A DNA stretch of 64,000 nucleotides from Polyangiaceae bacterium. GTDB lineage: Bacteria > Myxococcota_A > Polyangia > Polyangiales > Polyangiaceae. The notes under the pieces are model-generated. The model was not told the origin of the DNA. It did no database searches and saw only the letters and a list, made by a program, of their open reading frames with translations. Location of the stretch: contig JBGANF010000009.1 in NCBI GenBank assembly GCA_044222475.1, positions 1-64,000 of the forward strand, in the 5' to 3' direction. Positions 1 through 10,428 of this stretch are shown piece after piece. The translations under genes were made by a program, and so were the position numbers. Position 1 is the first letter of the stretch, and the number at the start of each line of letters is the position of its first letter.

Positions 1-165
1 GCGCTCCGCGACTTCGCCAAGGTCTGGGTGAACATGTCGCCCGACAACCAGGGGCGCTTCCTGCGGGCGCTCATCGACAAGGTGGTGGTCGACGAGGACA
101 AGGGCACGTGCCGGGTCGAGCTGATCGACTTCGGCGCCGCCTCGGGCACGAAGGAGGCAGCGTGA
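1..165 (+). CDS. C-terminal end of a probable large serine recombinase (partial)
   Basis: Frame 1 reads ALRDFAKVWVNMSPDNQGRFLRALIDKVVVDEDKGTCRVEL..KEAA*, resembling the 'W..M....R..LR.LI.KV.V' tail of large serine recombinases; GTGA overlap with the next gene. Confidence 0.6.
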   Translation, partial: ALRDFAKVWVNMSPDNQGRFLRALIDKVVVDEDKGTCRVELIDFGAASGTKEAA

Positions 166-626
166 GCGACCGACAGACCAGCGACGAGGGCGCGAGGAAG
201 AACACGCCGAGCGACTACCGGGTCATCGAGGAGCCGATCTACTGGCGCCGGAGCCGCAGCGTGGAGCTCACCCCGACGCCGCCACCCGACAAGCCCGAGC
301 CCGTGCGACGCCCCGCCAAGGTCGCCCGGCAGCTCGCCCTCGCGCACCACCTGCAGGCTGCCATCGAGCGCGGGCTCGTGGCCGACCAGGCGGCCCTGGC
401 GCGCAAGCTGGGGCTCACGCGCGCCCGGGTCACGCAGCTCTTCGACCTGCTCATGCTGGCCGCCGACCTCCAGGAGCAGGTCCTTGCCCTCGAAGCCGTG
501 GACGGAGCCGAGCCGATGGCCGAGCGGACGCTCCGGGAGGTGGCGCACGCGGGGACGTGGGCCGAGCAGCGGGCGGCGTGGGAGAAGCTGATGGCCGCGC
601 GCGCTGACGAGACGCAGCGCCTCTGA
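162..626 (+). CDS. Recombinase-associated HTH protein
   Basis: GTG start after AAGGAGG; HTH-like ALARKLGLTRARVTQLFDLLMLAADLQEQVL...WAEQ; paralogue at 22973-23380. Confidence 0.7.
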   Translation: MSDRQTSDEGARKNTPSDYRVIEEPIYWRRSRSVELTPTPPPDKPEPVRRPAKVARQLALAHHLQAAIERGLVADQAALARKLGLTRARVTQLFDLLMLAADLQEQVLALEAVDGAEPMAERTLREVAHAGTWAEQRAAWEKLMAARADETQRL

Positions 627-782
627 CCCGAAAAGGGTCACCTGCGCGCCCTCCGGTAGCCCGTTCGGACTCCCCGATCGCTCCTCTGGTCTTTTCGACT
701 CTAGTCGGGTCTTGTGGGCTGGGCTGGCTCCGCGTACCCTGCTCCGGTGCGCAGTGGTCCCCACCCAATCGGAGCGGAGCCG

Positions 783-992
783 ATGACGACAGAGCCTTGG
801 GCTTCCGTAGAAGACGTCGCCAAGCACCTCGGCGTCGCGAAGGATTCCGTCTACCGCTGGATCGAGAGCCGGCACCTCCCCGCCCACAAGATCGGGCGCC
901 TGTGGAAGTTCAAGCTCTCCGAGGTCGACGAGTGGGTGCGAGCCGGCGGCGCTGACGCCGACGACGGCGCCGACAAGGGAGGCGCCCGGTGA
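783..992 (+). CDS. Excisionase-like (HTH_17) DNA-binding protein
   Basis: SVEDVAKHLGVAKDSVYRWIESRHLPAHKIGRLWKFKLSEVDEW; GGAG before the ATG at 783. Confidence 0.85.
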   Translation: MTTEPWASVEDVAKHLGVAKDSVYRWIESRHLPAHKIGRLWKFKLSEVDEWVRAGGADADDGADKGGAR

Positions 993-1552
993 GCACGGAC
1001 CTCGACCTCGATCGCTTGCTCAAGCTTCGCCTCGTCGTCGCGCGCTTCGGCGAGATGGACCTCGCGAAGTGGTGGAACACCAAGGGCCAGCTCGGACGCC
1101 TCGGTGCGGCCGCCCTCCGGCGCGGCTTCCCGCGCACGCACCGCTTCGCGCAAGCCCGCTCCGTGTTCGCCGTCGCGGCGCATCGCTGCACAGAGGTCTT
1201 CGAGCCTCCGGGCTGCGTCACGCTCTGGCACCTGCCCGAAGCCGTCGAGGAGGCCTTCGACGCGCGCTGGGAACACTGGCTCGACAACGCGGGCGAGTGG
1301 ACCAGCTTCTTCGAGAAGCTCGAGTCACTCTCGGGCAGCGACCTCACCGAGATCCTCCGCGCCTTCGAGCTCGTCGAGGGCCGCGACCTCGAGTCCTACG
1401 GAAAGCTGCGCCGCTCGGCCGAGGGGCGCGCCGTGCCGCTGCCCGGGATCTTCTCCGGCACCGACGTCGACATCGCGCTCCTGGCACTCGGCTTCGCGCG
1501 TGGCGAGCCGTCCGCGCTCGCCGTCCCCTACGCCAGGAGGGCCGAGGCATGA
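989..1552 (+). CDS. brxE: BrxE family protein
   Basis: RFGEMDLAKWWNT..RRGFPRTHRFAQARSVFAVA..TLWHLP; position directly before brxA. Confidence 0.75.
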   Translation: MSTDLDLDRLLKLRLVVARFGEMDLAKWWNTKGQLGRLGAAALRRGFPRTHRFAQARSVFAVAAHRCTEVFEPPGCVTLWHLPEAVEEAFDARWEHWLDNAGEWTSFFEKLESLSGSDLTEILRAFELVEGRDLESYGKLRRSAEGRAVPLPGIFSGTDVDIALLALGFARGEPSALAVPYARRAEA

Positions 1553-2334
1553 AGGCTGGCTCGCGCGCGAACGTCGCCTCGTCCTTCACGGTCGTGAAGG
1601 GCACGATGATCGACGAGACCTACGCCGTGTTCGCGGCGTGGGACTTCGAGCGTTCGAAGCGCGAGAACCTCGACCGCCTCCGCGAGGAGAACTTCATCGG
1701 TGCGAGCAGCGCCACGTGGCTCCGCGACGTCGCCAAGGTGCTGAATCGTCGCTTCGACCCCGCCGGCCGGGACCGGCCGCTCGTCGTGCTCGCGAAGCAC
1801 GGCCTGCCCGTCGAGGAGTGGAAGCCTCTGCTCCTCTGGCACATGACGCGTGACGAGTTCCTCGTCCGCGACTTCCTCGAGACCTGGCTGTTCGCCGCGT
1901 ACGACGCAGGCGCTTTCCGCGTCCACACCGAAGACGTCGAGAAGTACCTCGGCGACATCAGCAAGCGCGGTGGCACCACCGAACACGCATGGTCTGAGCA
2001 GACCACGAAGCGCGTCGCAGCGGGCCTCCTCAAGATCGCCGTCGACTTCGGGCTGCTGCGCGGCTCCATCGCCAAGGAGTTCGTGTCGTTCCACCTGCCA
2101 GAGCGGAGCTTCCTCTACCTGCTGCACGCGATGCGCGACGAAAAGCTGAGCCCCAGCAAGGTCGTCGCGTCGCGCGAGTGGCGCCTGTTCCTGATGCGCC
2201 CCGCCGACGTCGAGCACGAGCTCTTGCGGCTCCACCAGTACCGCAAGCTCGAATACCAGGTCGCTGGCAGCCTCGTGCAGCTCTCGCTGCCGTGCACGAG
2301 CACCCGCGAGTACGCCGAGAGGATGGTTGCATGA
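1549..2334 (+). CDS. brxA: BREX protein BrxA (DUF1819-like)
   Basis: ATG at 1549 overlaps the brxE stop; WSEQTTKRVAAGLLKIAVDFGLL; position before brxB/brxC. Confidence 0.8.
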   Translation: MKAGSRANVASSFTVVKGTMIDETYAVFAAWDFERSKRENLDRLREENFIGASSATWLRDVAKVLNRRFDPAGRDRPLVVLAKHGLPVEEWKPLLLWHMTRDEFLVRDFLETWLFAAYDAGAFRVHTEDVEKYLGDISKRGGTTEHAWSEQTTKRVAAGLLKIAVDFGLLRGSIAKEFVSFHLPERSFLYLLHAMRDEKLSPSKVVASREWRLFLMRPADVEHELLRLHQYRKLEYQVAGSLVQLSLPCTSTREYAERMVA

Positions 2335-2906
2335 GCGATCTCGAACACCGCTTGAAGCAAAGCCTCGAGCCCGTGCTCGAGCTGCCCGACCCCCGGCAGC
2401 GCATCAGCGCGTACCACGACATGCCGTACGCGCTCTTCCGCTACGACCCGGAGGACGAGTTCGATCTGCGCAAGCAGGTGACGTTGCTCGAAACCCGCCT
2501 CTCGCAGAAGGGCAAGCGCGTCCGCCGCATTTCCCTGGCCGAGTGCCTCGACGAGGCCATGCGCTCGCAGCGCCCGCTGGAGGAGTGGTTCACCGCGGAG
2601 CGCGAGCAGGGCGTCGAGACCATCGTGGAGACCGTTCACTCGGTGCTGTCCGAGTACTCGCCCCTCGTCGACCTCGTCGCCGCGCGCATGCCCGAGGACC
2701 CCGACCCGCTGCGCGACGTCGTTTTCATCATGCGCACCGGCGCGCTGTTCCCCGTGTACCGGACCTTCTCGCTCCTCGAGCAGCTCAAGGGACGGGTCCA
2801 CGTGCCGACCGTTCTCTTCTACCCCGGCGACCTCGATGGCGCGGCAGGCCTGCGATTCATGGGCGTGCTCGACGCGGAGCACAACTACCGCCCGAAGATC
2901 TTCTGA
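2331..2906 (+). CDS. brxB: BREX protein BrxB (DUF1788-like)
   Basis: YDPEDEF, GALFPVYR, VLFYPG, and C-terminal NYRPKIF motifs. Confidence 0.88.
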   Translation: MSDLEHRLKQSLEPVLELPDPRQRISAYHDMPYALFRYDPEDEFDLRKQVTLLETRLSQKGKRVRRISLAECLDEAMRSQRPLEEWFTAEREQGVETIVETVHSVLSEYSPLVDLVAARMPEDPDPLRDVVFIMRTGALFPVYRTFSLLEQLKGRVHVPTVLFYPGDLDGAAGLRFMGVLDAEHNYRPKIF

Positions 2907-2918
2907 GGACCACCGACG

Positions 2919-5900
2919 ATGACGACGCCCACGCCCATCAAGACGCTCTTCGCCAACGACATCCACCGTCGGATCGAAGAAGTCATCAAGGTCGACCAGA
3001 CCGACGAAGAGATCATCCGCGACGAAATCAACGAGTACGTCGTTACGGACGCGATCCGCACGCACTACACCGGCATCTTCGACGCGTATCGCGAGACCCC
3101 GAACAAGCCGCACGAGGGCATCGCGATCTGGGTGTCGGGCTTCTTCGGCTCCGGTAAGTCGAGCTTCGCCAAGATGCTCGGCCTCTCGGTCGCGAACCGC
3201 ACAGTCGCTGGCGAGTCGGCGGCAGAGCGTTTCGCCGATCGCGCGGGCGACAAGAAGCTCCAGGTCCTGCTCAAGGCCATCAACGAGAAGATCCCGACCC
3301 ACGCGGTCATCTTCGACGTCTCGACGGACCGAGGCATCCGCAGCGGCAACCAGACGCTCACCGAGATCATGTACGGGCTCTTCCTCCAGAGCCTCGGCTA
3401 CGCGAAGGACCTCGACCTATCGGAGCTCGAGATCGGCCTCGAGGAGAAGGGTCAGCTCGCGCGCTTCGAGGAGGAGTACAAGCGCCTCTTCAAGAAGGAC
3501 TGGGCCACCGAGAAGGGCAAGGTTGCCTTCGCGCTGTCGGAGGCGAGCCGCGTGCTCCATAGCCTGGACCCCGACACGTATCCGATGGCCGACTCGTGGG
3601 TGAAGGCCGTCAAGAACAAGGCCGACATCACGCCGGGCAAGCTCGCCGAGCGCGCGGGCGAGCTGATGAAGCGCAGGAAGCCCGGGCTCTCGTTGATGTT
3701 CGTGGTCGACGAGGTCGGCCAGTTCGTCGCTCGCGACGTCCAGAAGATGCTCGACCTGCAGGCCATCGTGCAGAGCCTCGGTGTGAAGGGGCGCGGCAAG
3801 CACTGGGTCGTCGTCACGTCGCAGGAGAAGCTCGGAGAGCTCGTCTCGGGCCTCGACGACAAGAAGATCGAGCTCGCGCGCCTGATGGATCGCTTCCCGC
3901 TGCAGGTCCATCTCGAGCCGAGCGACATCTCCGAGGTCACCAGCCGCCGCGTGCTCTCGAAGAACGCCGCCGCGCAGACCGCGCTCGGAAAGCTGTTCGA
4001 CGAGCACCGCGGTCGCCTCACGGAGCACACGAGGCTCACCGCCGACATCAAGCTTCCCGAGCTTTCGCGCGAGGCCTTCATCGACCTCTATCCGCTGCTC
4101 CCCTACCAGATCGACCTCATCATCCAGGTCGTCTCGGGGCTGCGCACGCAGGGCGGCGCCAGCAAGCACGTCGGCGGCGCGAACCGCACCATCATCAAGC
4201 TCGCGCAGCAGCTCCTCATCAACCCGGCGGTGAACCTTGCCGACGCACAGCTCGGCGACCTCGTGCGGCTCGATCAGGTCTACGACCTCGTCGAGGGAAA
4301 CATCGGCTCGGAGGTCCGCGCCAAGATCGCCGCCATCTCCAAGGAGCTGAACCACCCCCTCGCGCAGCCGGTGGCGAAGGTGATCTGCCTGCTTCAGTAC
4401 GTGAAGAGCGTGCACCGCAGCGCCGAGAACATCGCGGCGGCTTTGCACGGCAGCGCCTCGGGAGACTCGCAGCTTGCCTCGGTGAAGGAGGCGCTCCGCG
4501 AGCTCGAGGCAAGCCACAAGGTCCGCCACGGCGACGACGGCTACCGCATCCCGACCCCCGCCGAGGATGACTGGGAGCGGCTGCGCAACGGCATCAGCCC
4601 GAAGCCCGGCGACTCGCACCGTCTCTACTCCGAGGTGCTGTCGGCGTTCTGGCAGCCGCAGCCCTCGCACACCCTCTTCGACACCAAGACGTTCAAGGCG
4701 GGCCTCGCCATCCACGGCCGCGAGATCACGAGCGGCGACATGGTGTTCCAGGTCCACCTCGCCGAGGACGGGAAGGACTTCGACGGGCTCGCTGCCGAGC
4801 TGCGCACGCGCAGCCAGCAGGAGCGCAAGCACGTCTTCTGGGCCATCGCGCTCACCGACGCGATCGACCGCGAGACCGTCGAGCTGTTCCGCAGCAAGGA
4901 GATGCTTGCGCGCAAGGAGCGTGAGACGAAGGGCGAAGACACGCCCGCCCTCATCGCAGAGGAGCGAGTGCGTCTGCGCCGGCACAGCGACGAGCTTCGC
5001 CGTCTGCTCCGCGCTGCGTGCCTCTCGGGCCGCATCTACTTCCGGGGCAACGACCGCAGCCCCACCGACCGCGCCGTCGACGTCGGCAAGACCGCCGCCG
5101 AGGTGCTCGGCCAGGTGCTGCCCGAGGTCTTCGATCGCTTCAAGGAGGCCGCCGCCAAAGCGGCGGACGTGAAGAAGGGAACCGACGCCCTCTTCACCGC
5201 GGAGAATCTCCAGGGTCTGCCCAGCGTGTTCGGGAGCATCGGCCTCCTGCGCGACGAGAAGGGCAAGACCGTCTTCCGCACCGAGAGCGGCACGCTGAAG
5301 GAAGTCCTCGACCGCATCGACGAGCGCGCCAACTATGGCGACACCGCGAGCGGCCGCTACCTAACCGACGAGTTCGCCAAGGAGCCGTTCGGCTGGGACT
5401 TCGAGGTCGTGCGTCTGCTCGTCCTGTCGCTCTTGCGCGCTGGGAAGATCGAGGCGACCAGCAAGGGCCAGACGATCGACAGTGTCACCGGTGTCGAAGC
5501 GCGCGACACGTTCTCGAACAACAACCTGTTCCGGCAGGCGGCCTTCCGCCCGAAGAAGGGGATCGAGTTCGAGGAGCTGGTGAAGTCCTCCGAGGCCTTC
5601 CGCGACACCTTCGGCAGCGAGGTGAAGGAGCTGAACGCCGGCGCCATCGTCGCCGAGCTGCGCAAGGAGGTCGCCCGCAACGAGGACACCGTTGCCTCCG
5701 CGCTCGCGACGCTCACCGCGCACCGCCTGCCGGGCGGCACGGTGCTCGACAGCGCCATCGGCCAGATGAAGGCCATCCTCCGGGGCTCGGAGGACAACGC
5801 CATCGCGACGTTCAACACGAGCCACCGGGGCATCAAGGACGCCATCAAACGCGCCGTCGAGCTCGAGCAGGTGCTCAGCGAGCCACGCCTCCACGACCTC

Positions 5901-6464
5901 GAGCGCGCGCGCAAGGCGCAGGGCGTGCTCTGGAGCTTCCTGAGCCAGGAGTCGGACGTCACCGACGCGCTGCGCACGCGCGCCTCGTCTCTCGAAGATC
6001 TCCTCGCGCGCGAGACCTTCTTCAAGGAGCTGCCGTCCATCGAGCAGCACACCAAGGCGATCGAGACCGAGTACGCGCGCCGCGAGGATGAGGCGCTCGA
6101 CGCACGCGTCGCCGCGTACACCAAGGCGTTCGACAAGCTCATCAAGACGCCGGGCTGGTCGGAGATCGACGAGGATCAGCAGCGCCGACTGGCCGACCCC
6201 TTCGAGCGGGGGAAGAAGCGTGGCGCGGAGCATGTGCCGATCCCGCAGCTCCGCGCGGATCGCGACGCCTGCGAGGGACGCCTGCGCGCGGCCGTCGCCG
6301 AGCTGCGGCGCATCATCGACGGTGAGCGTGTCGTCACCGTGAGCGTCGGCAGCTACTTCGCGGGCGGCATCGAGACCGAGGAGCAGCTCGAGGCAGCGCT
6401 CGACGGCGTGCGCGAAGAGTGCGCGCGCCTCATCGGCGCCGGCAAGAAGGTCATCGTTCAATAG
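2919..6464 (+). CDS. brxC: BREX P-loop ATPase BrxC
   Basis: EEVIKV..EYVVT, Walker A GFFGSGKS, Walker B VVDEVGQF, TSQEKL, YPLLPYQ; 1181 aa. Confidence 0.95.
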   Translation: MTTPTPIKTLFANDIHRRIEEVIKVDQTDEEIIRDEINEYVVTDAIRTHYTGIFDAYRETPNKPHEGIAIWVSGFFGSGKSSFAKMLGLSVANRTVAGESAAERFADRAGDKKLQVLLKAINEKIPTHAVIFDVSTDRGIRSGNQTLTEIMYGLFLQSLGYAKDLDLSELEIGLEEKGQLARFEEEYKRLFKKDWATEKGKVAFALSEASRVLHSLDPDTYPMADSWVKAVKNKADITPGKLAERAGELMKRRKPGLSLMFVVDEVGQFVARDVQKMLDLQAIVQSLGVKGRGKHWVVVTSQEKLGELVSGLDDKKIELARLMDRFPLQVHLEPSDISEVTSRRVLSKNAAAQTALGKLFDEHRGRLTEHTRLTADIKLPELSREAFIDLYPLLPYQIDLIIQVVSGLRTQGGASKHVGGANRTIIKLAQQLLINPAVNLADAQLGDLVRLDQVYDLVEGNIGSEVRAKIAAISKELNHPLAQPVAKVICLLQYVKSVHRSAENIAAALHGSASGDSQLASVKEALRELEASHKVRHGDDGYRIPTPAEDDWERLRNGISPKPGDSHRLYSEVLSAFWQPQPSHTLFDTKTFKAGLAIHGREITSGDMVFQVHLAEDGKDFDGLAAELRTRSQQERKHVFWAIALTDAIDRETVELFRSKEMLARKERETKGEDTPALIAEERVRLRRHSDELRRLLRAACLSGRIYFRGNDRSPTDRAVDVGKTAAEVLGQVLPEVFDRFKEAAAKAADVKKGTDALFTAENLQGLPSVFGSIGLLRDEKGKTVFRTESGTLKEVLDRIDERANYGDTASGRYLTDEFAKEPFGWDFEVVRLLVLSLLRAGKIEATSKGQTIDSVTGVEARDTFSNNNLFRQAAFRPKKGIEFEELVKSSEAFRDTFGSEVKELNAGAIVAELRKEVARNEDTVASALATLTAHRLPGGTVLDSAIGQMKAILRGSEDNAIATFNTSHRGIKDAIKRAVELEQVLSEPRLHDLERARKAQGVLWSFLSQESDVTDALRTRASSLEDLLARETFFKELPSIEQHTKAIETEYARREDEALDARVAAYTKAFDKLIKTPGWSEIDEDQQRRLADPFERGKKRGAEHVPIPQLRADRDACEGRLRAAVAELRRIIDGERVVTVSVGSYFAGGIETEEQLEAALDGVREECARLIGAGKKVIVQ

Positions 6465-6477
6465 GGGATGCGCGAGG

Positions 6478-9400
6478 ATGGATAAGGACACACGCAACGC
6501 CATCGAACGCGCCACCCAGCGCGCGCGGAAGCTCCTCGAGGAGGACTTCGCCGCGCAGCTTGAGGGCGACTTCGACGTGCAGCGCGACGGCGCGGTGGCC
6601 GCGAAGGCGGGCAAGCACCTCTCGGCCCGCCAGGCGTTCGCGCGTGAGCGCATTGTTGCCGCCATCGAGCACAAGCGCGCCGCCGGGATGAGTGCCGCCG
6701 ATGCCGCCCGCGACTACCTGCGCGATGCTGCGTTCACGACTCTCAATCGCTTCGTCGCCCTCAAGATGCTCGAGGCCCGCGACCTGGTGCAGGAGTGCAT
6801 CACGAAGGGTGAGCAGTCTGCCGGCTACCGCGAGTTTTGCGGCATGGCGCCGGGCCTGCCGCTCTTGCCCGAGAGCGCGGGCTACCGGCTCTACCTCGAG
6901 TCGCTCTTCGACGAGCTGTCGACCGAGGTGAAGGTTCTCTTCGACCGGCGCGACCCGTCGAGCGTGCTGTGGCCCAAGCGCGCCACCTTCGAGCAGCTCC
7001 TCGAGATCTTGAACGCCACGGAGCTCGCCCGCGTGTGGGGCGAGGACGAGACCATCGGCTGGGTCTACCAGTACTTCAACTCGCTTGAAGAGCGCCAAGC
7101 GATGAAGGACACGACGGCTGGAGGCTCACAGGCACCGCGCAACAGTCGCGAGCTCGCAACACGCAACCAGTTCTTCACGCCGCGCTACATCGTTCGCTTC
7201 CTCGTCGACAACACGCTCGCGCGTCTGTGGTGGGAGATGCGCGAAGGCACCACAACCCTGACTGCGCGGTGTGAATTTCTCACGGTAGCGCCCGGCGCCA
7301 CGCCGCCCTCGAGACCCGGCAAGGACCCGCGCGACATTCGGGTGATCGACCCGGCTTGCGGCTCTGGCCACTTCCTCCTCTACGTCTTCGACTTGCTCCT
7401 CGAGATCTATCGGGAGGCGTGGAGCGAGTCGCGAGGCTGGAAGTCGAGTGAGACGGGCAAGACGATCCGCGATGACTACCCGACGCTCGACGAGCTGAAC
7501 GCGGCGCTCCCCGAGTTGATCATCCGGCACAACCTGTTCGGCGTCGATATCGACCCCCGTGCCGTCCAGGTCGCCTCGTTCGCTCTCTGGCTGCGCGCGC
7601 AGCGCGCATGGCTGGAGCTTCACGTGCAGCGCAGCGCCCGACGCCGTATCGAGCACAGCCACATCATCCTCGCGGAGGCGATGCCCGGCGACGAGCGGCT
7701 CGTGCGCGAGTTCGCCAAGCAGGTCGCGCACCCCGTACTCGCCGGTCTCTTCGAGAAGGTCGTCGCCGCCTTCCAACTCGCAGGCGACCTCGGGCTCATG
7801 CTGCGCGTGGAGCGCGCGCTCGAGGACACCATCCGCGAAGCGGAACGCGGCACGCGTCAGAGCGAGCTGTTTGGCTCCGCGCAGACCACCCGGGCTTTCT
7901 GGGACTCGGCCGAGGACCAACTGCTCGGCGAACTCTCTCGCTTCGCTGCTGGAGCTCCCGGCAAGGACCACGAGCGGCGACGCCTGTTCCGCCATGACTC
8001 GGCCCACGGTCTTGCCCTGCTAGACGCCGCACGCACGCGCTTCGACGTCGTCGTCATGAATCCGCCCTTTGGCGACGTGAGCGCGCCGTCCAAGGACTAC
8101 GTCGAGGGAGCCTACCCCGACAGCCGCCAAGACATCTTTGCGGTGTTCGTCGACCGCTGCGTGCGTGAGCTAGCGCCAACTGGCTTCGTCGGCGTCATCT
8201 CCACCGAGGCGGGTTTCTACCGGCGAACGTTGGAGCCGTGGCGGCGTCACGTTCTGCTCGCCGCGAGCCGCATGGAGGTCATGGCGCACTTGGGCGGCCA
8301 CGTGCTGGACGGCGCGACGGTTCGCGTCGCGGCCTACGCCCTCGCGTGCGGATCGAAGACCGGTACGTCGCTCTACCTGCGGCTCCTCGGCGAGGGCAAA
8401 GTCTCGCGCGAGCCCTCGTTGCGACAGGCAATCGAGAGCGTCCGCAGCGGCACGCCGTCGGAGCGCGTCTTCAGCACCGACCAGCGCGAGTTCGAGAAGC
8501 TCCCCTACGCCGTGTTCGGCTACTGGTGCTCGCCGGAGCTGCGCGATGCCTTCGTGAATCATCCGGTCCTCGAAGGGAACGCAGGGCGCGCTCGGCAAGG
8601 CCTCGCGACCGCCGACGACTTCCGCTTCCTGCGGCTGCGTTGGGAGGTCGACCCGTCGCAGATCGGAGCCCTTGGCTGGCAGCCCTTCGCGAAGGGCGGC
8701 GAGTACAGCCCCTTCTACGACGACATCTACCTGGTGACGCTGGCGCCTACTCCTCGCAGCTCACTCGCTGCGTTCCAAGGATCCTACATCCGTAACCCCG
8801 ACTGCTACGGGAAGGCGGGCATCACTTGGCCGCCTCGGACAAACAAGCGGTTTGCCCCGCGCGCGCTGCCGCGGGGTTGCGCTTTTGGCCACAAGGGCCC
8901 GTCGATCGTTGGCATCGAGCCGGACCCGTGGGCATTGCTCGCTGCGCTGAACTCGCGGGTAGTCAGCTACCTCCTCAGTCTCGGCCTCGGAACGGCAGAA
9001 GCAGAAGGTGGTGCAGGCGCCAACTCGTACGAGGTCGGTCTCGTGCAGCGCATCCCCGTGCCTAGCGTGCTGCCTGCCGACGAGGAACTCGCCGAACAGT
9101 CGAAGCGTGCATGGACAGCGAGTGCGTCCTCGGGACTTCGCGACGAGACCTCGGCGATTTTCATGAGCCCGGTGGCGCCGCTGGAACTTCGCGGCTCGCT
9201 CGATGCGACATGGACTGCGCTCATCGCGCGCGACCAGGCGGGGCTCCAGAGTTACGTCGAGGCACAGGAGGCTATCGATCGGAGAACCTGCAAGCTCTAC
9301 GGGCTCACCGCTCGAGACTGGGTCGAGATCGAAAGCAACATCGGGGACGTGCATCGTCCCGAAGTCGCCGTGGACGACTTGGCTCGCCGAGCATGGGCTC

Positions 9401-10428
9401 GCAGCATCGTCTCGTTCCTCGTCGGCTGCGCGTTCGGGCGGTGGAGCACGACGCGCATCGGTCGCTCCTACGAGATGACCGCAGCGCGCGCATACGAGAC
9501 GCCCACGGCAACGAAGTACGAGACGCCCAACGCACCTCTGCTCCTCGTTGACGATGAAGGGCACCCGCTCGACATCGTCGCTCGCTGTGACGCGGCTCTC
9601 GAAGAGGTTGCTCCGAAGCGCGCCGGTGCGCTTCACGATGAGCTGGTGAGCCTGCTTGGTGCTGACCTTCGCCGCTATTTCCAGACGGAGTTCTTCGACG
9701 CGCACTTGCGCCAGTACTCGAAGAGCCGTCGCTCCGCGCCGATCTACGTCCCGCTCTCTTCCCAGGGCGCCGACTTCACTATCTGGCTCAACGCGCAACG
9801 CGCGACCCACGACGCCCTGTTCACGATCCAGAGCGAGATCCTCGCCGCGAAGCTGCGCCTCGAAGAGGGACGCCTCGCGGCGGCGCAGGCAGACGCCAGC
9901 ACGGCCAAGGGACGCAAGGCCCTCGAGAAGCAGGAAGCGGCTTTGGACGCCCTCCGCGCGCTCGTGGACGAGGTGAAGCGCGTGGCGCCCCTCTGGCAGC
10001 CGAACACCGACGACGGGACCGTGATCAACTTCGCGCCGCTGTGGCGCCTCGTGCCGGGCCACAAGGCTTGGCAGAAGGAGCTGAAGGCGACGTGGGATGC
10101 GTTGTGCGCGGGCGACTTCGACTGGTCGCGCATGGCGATGCACCTCTGGCCCGAGCGCGTGGTCCCGAAGTGCGCGAAGGACCGCAGCATCGCCATCGCC
10201 CACGGGCTCGAGGACGTGTTCTGGGTCGAGGGCACGGACGGCAAGTGGACCGCCCGCAAGACGCCCACGCGCAGCGTGGACGAGCTCGTGCGCGAGCGAA
10301 CCTCGCCCGCAGTGAAATCCGCGCTGAAGAGCCTGCTCGAAGCGCCTGCGGCAGCCGGCAAGGGCGGCGGGCGTCGTGGTGGTGGCCGTCGCAAGTCCGC
10401 TGCCGCCGCCGAGGGAGGAGACGCCTGA
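6478..10428 (+). CDS. pglX: BREX adenine DNA methyltransferase PglX
   Basis: IGWVYQYFN, QFFTPRYIV, SAM motif DPACGSGHF, catalytic NPPF; lies between brxC and pglZ. Confidence 0.93.
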   Translation: MDKDTRNAIERATQRARKLLEEDFAAQLEGDFDVQRDGAVAAKAGKHLSARQAFARERIVAAIEHKRAAGMSAADAARDYLRDAAFTTLNRFVALKMLEARDLVQECITKGEQSAGYREFCGMAPGLPLLPESAGYRLYLESLFDELSTEVKVLFDRRDPSSVLWPKRATFEQLLEILNATELARVWGEDETIGWVYQYFNSLEERQAMKDTTAGGSQAPRNSRELATRNQFFTPRYIVRFLVDNTLARLWWEMREGTTTLTARCEFLTVAPGATPPSRPGKDPRDIRVIDPACGSGHFLLYVFDLLLEIYREAWSESRGWKSSETGKTIRDDYPTLDELNAALPELIIRHNLFGVDIDPRAVQVASFALWLRAQRAWLELHVQRSARRRIEHSHIILAEAMPGDERLVREFAKQVAHPVLAGLFEKVVAAFQLAGDLGLMLRVERALEDTIREAERGTRQSELFGSAQTTRAFWDSAEDQLLGELSRFAAGAPGKDHERRRLFRHDSAHGLALLDAARTRFDVVVMNPPFGDVSAPSKDYVEGAYPDSRQDIFAVFVDRCVRELAPTGFVGVISTEAGFYRRTLEPWRRHVLLAASRMEVMAHLGGHVLDGATVRVAAYALACGSKTGTSLYLRLLGEGKVSREPSLRQAIESVRSGTPSERVFSTDQREFEKLPYAVFGYWCSPELRDAFVNHPVLEGNAGRARQGLATADDFRFLRLRWEVDPSQIGALGWQPFAKGGEYSPFYDDIYLVTLAPTPRSSLAAFQGSYIRNPDCYGKAGITWPPRTNKRFAPRALPRGCAFGHKGPSIVGIEPDPWALLAALNSRVVSYLLSLGLGTAEAEGGAGANSYEVGLVQRIPVPSVLPADEELAEQSKRAWTASASSGLRDETSAIFMSPVAPLELRGSLDATWTALIARDQAGLQSYVEAQEAIDRRTCKLYGLTARDWVEIESNIGDVHRPEVAVDDLARRAWARSIVSFLVGCAFGRWSTTRIGRSYEMTAARAYETPTATKYETPNAPLLLVDDEGHPLDIVARCDAALEEVAPKRAGALHDELVSLLGADLRRYFQTEFFDAHLRQYSKSRRSAPIYVPLSSQGADFTIWLNAQRATHDALFTIQSEILAAKLRLEEGRLAAAQADASTAKGRKALEKQEAALDALRALVDEVKRVAPLWQPNTDDGTVINFAPLWRLVPGHKAWQKELKATWDALCAGDFDWSRMAMHLWPERVVPKCAKDRSIAIAHGLEDVFWVEGTDGKWTARKTPTRSVDELVRERTSPAVKSALKSLLEAPAAAGKGGGRRGGGRRKSAAAAEGGDA

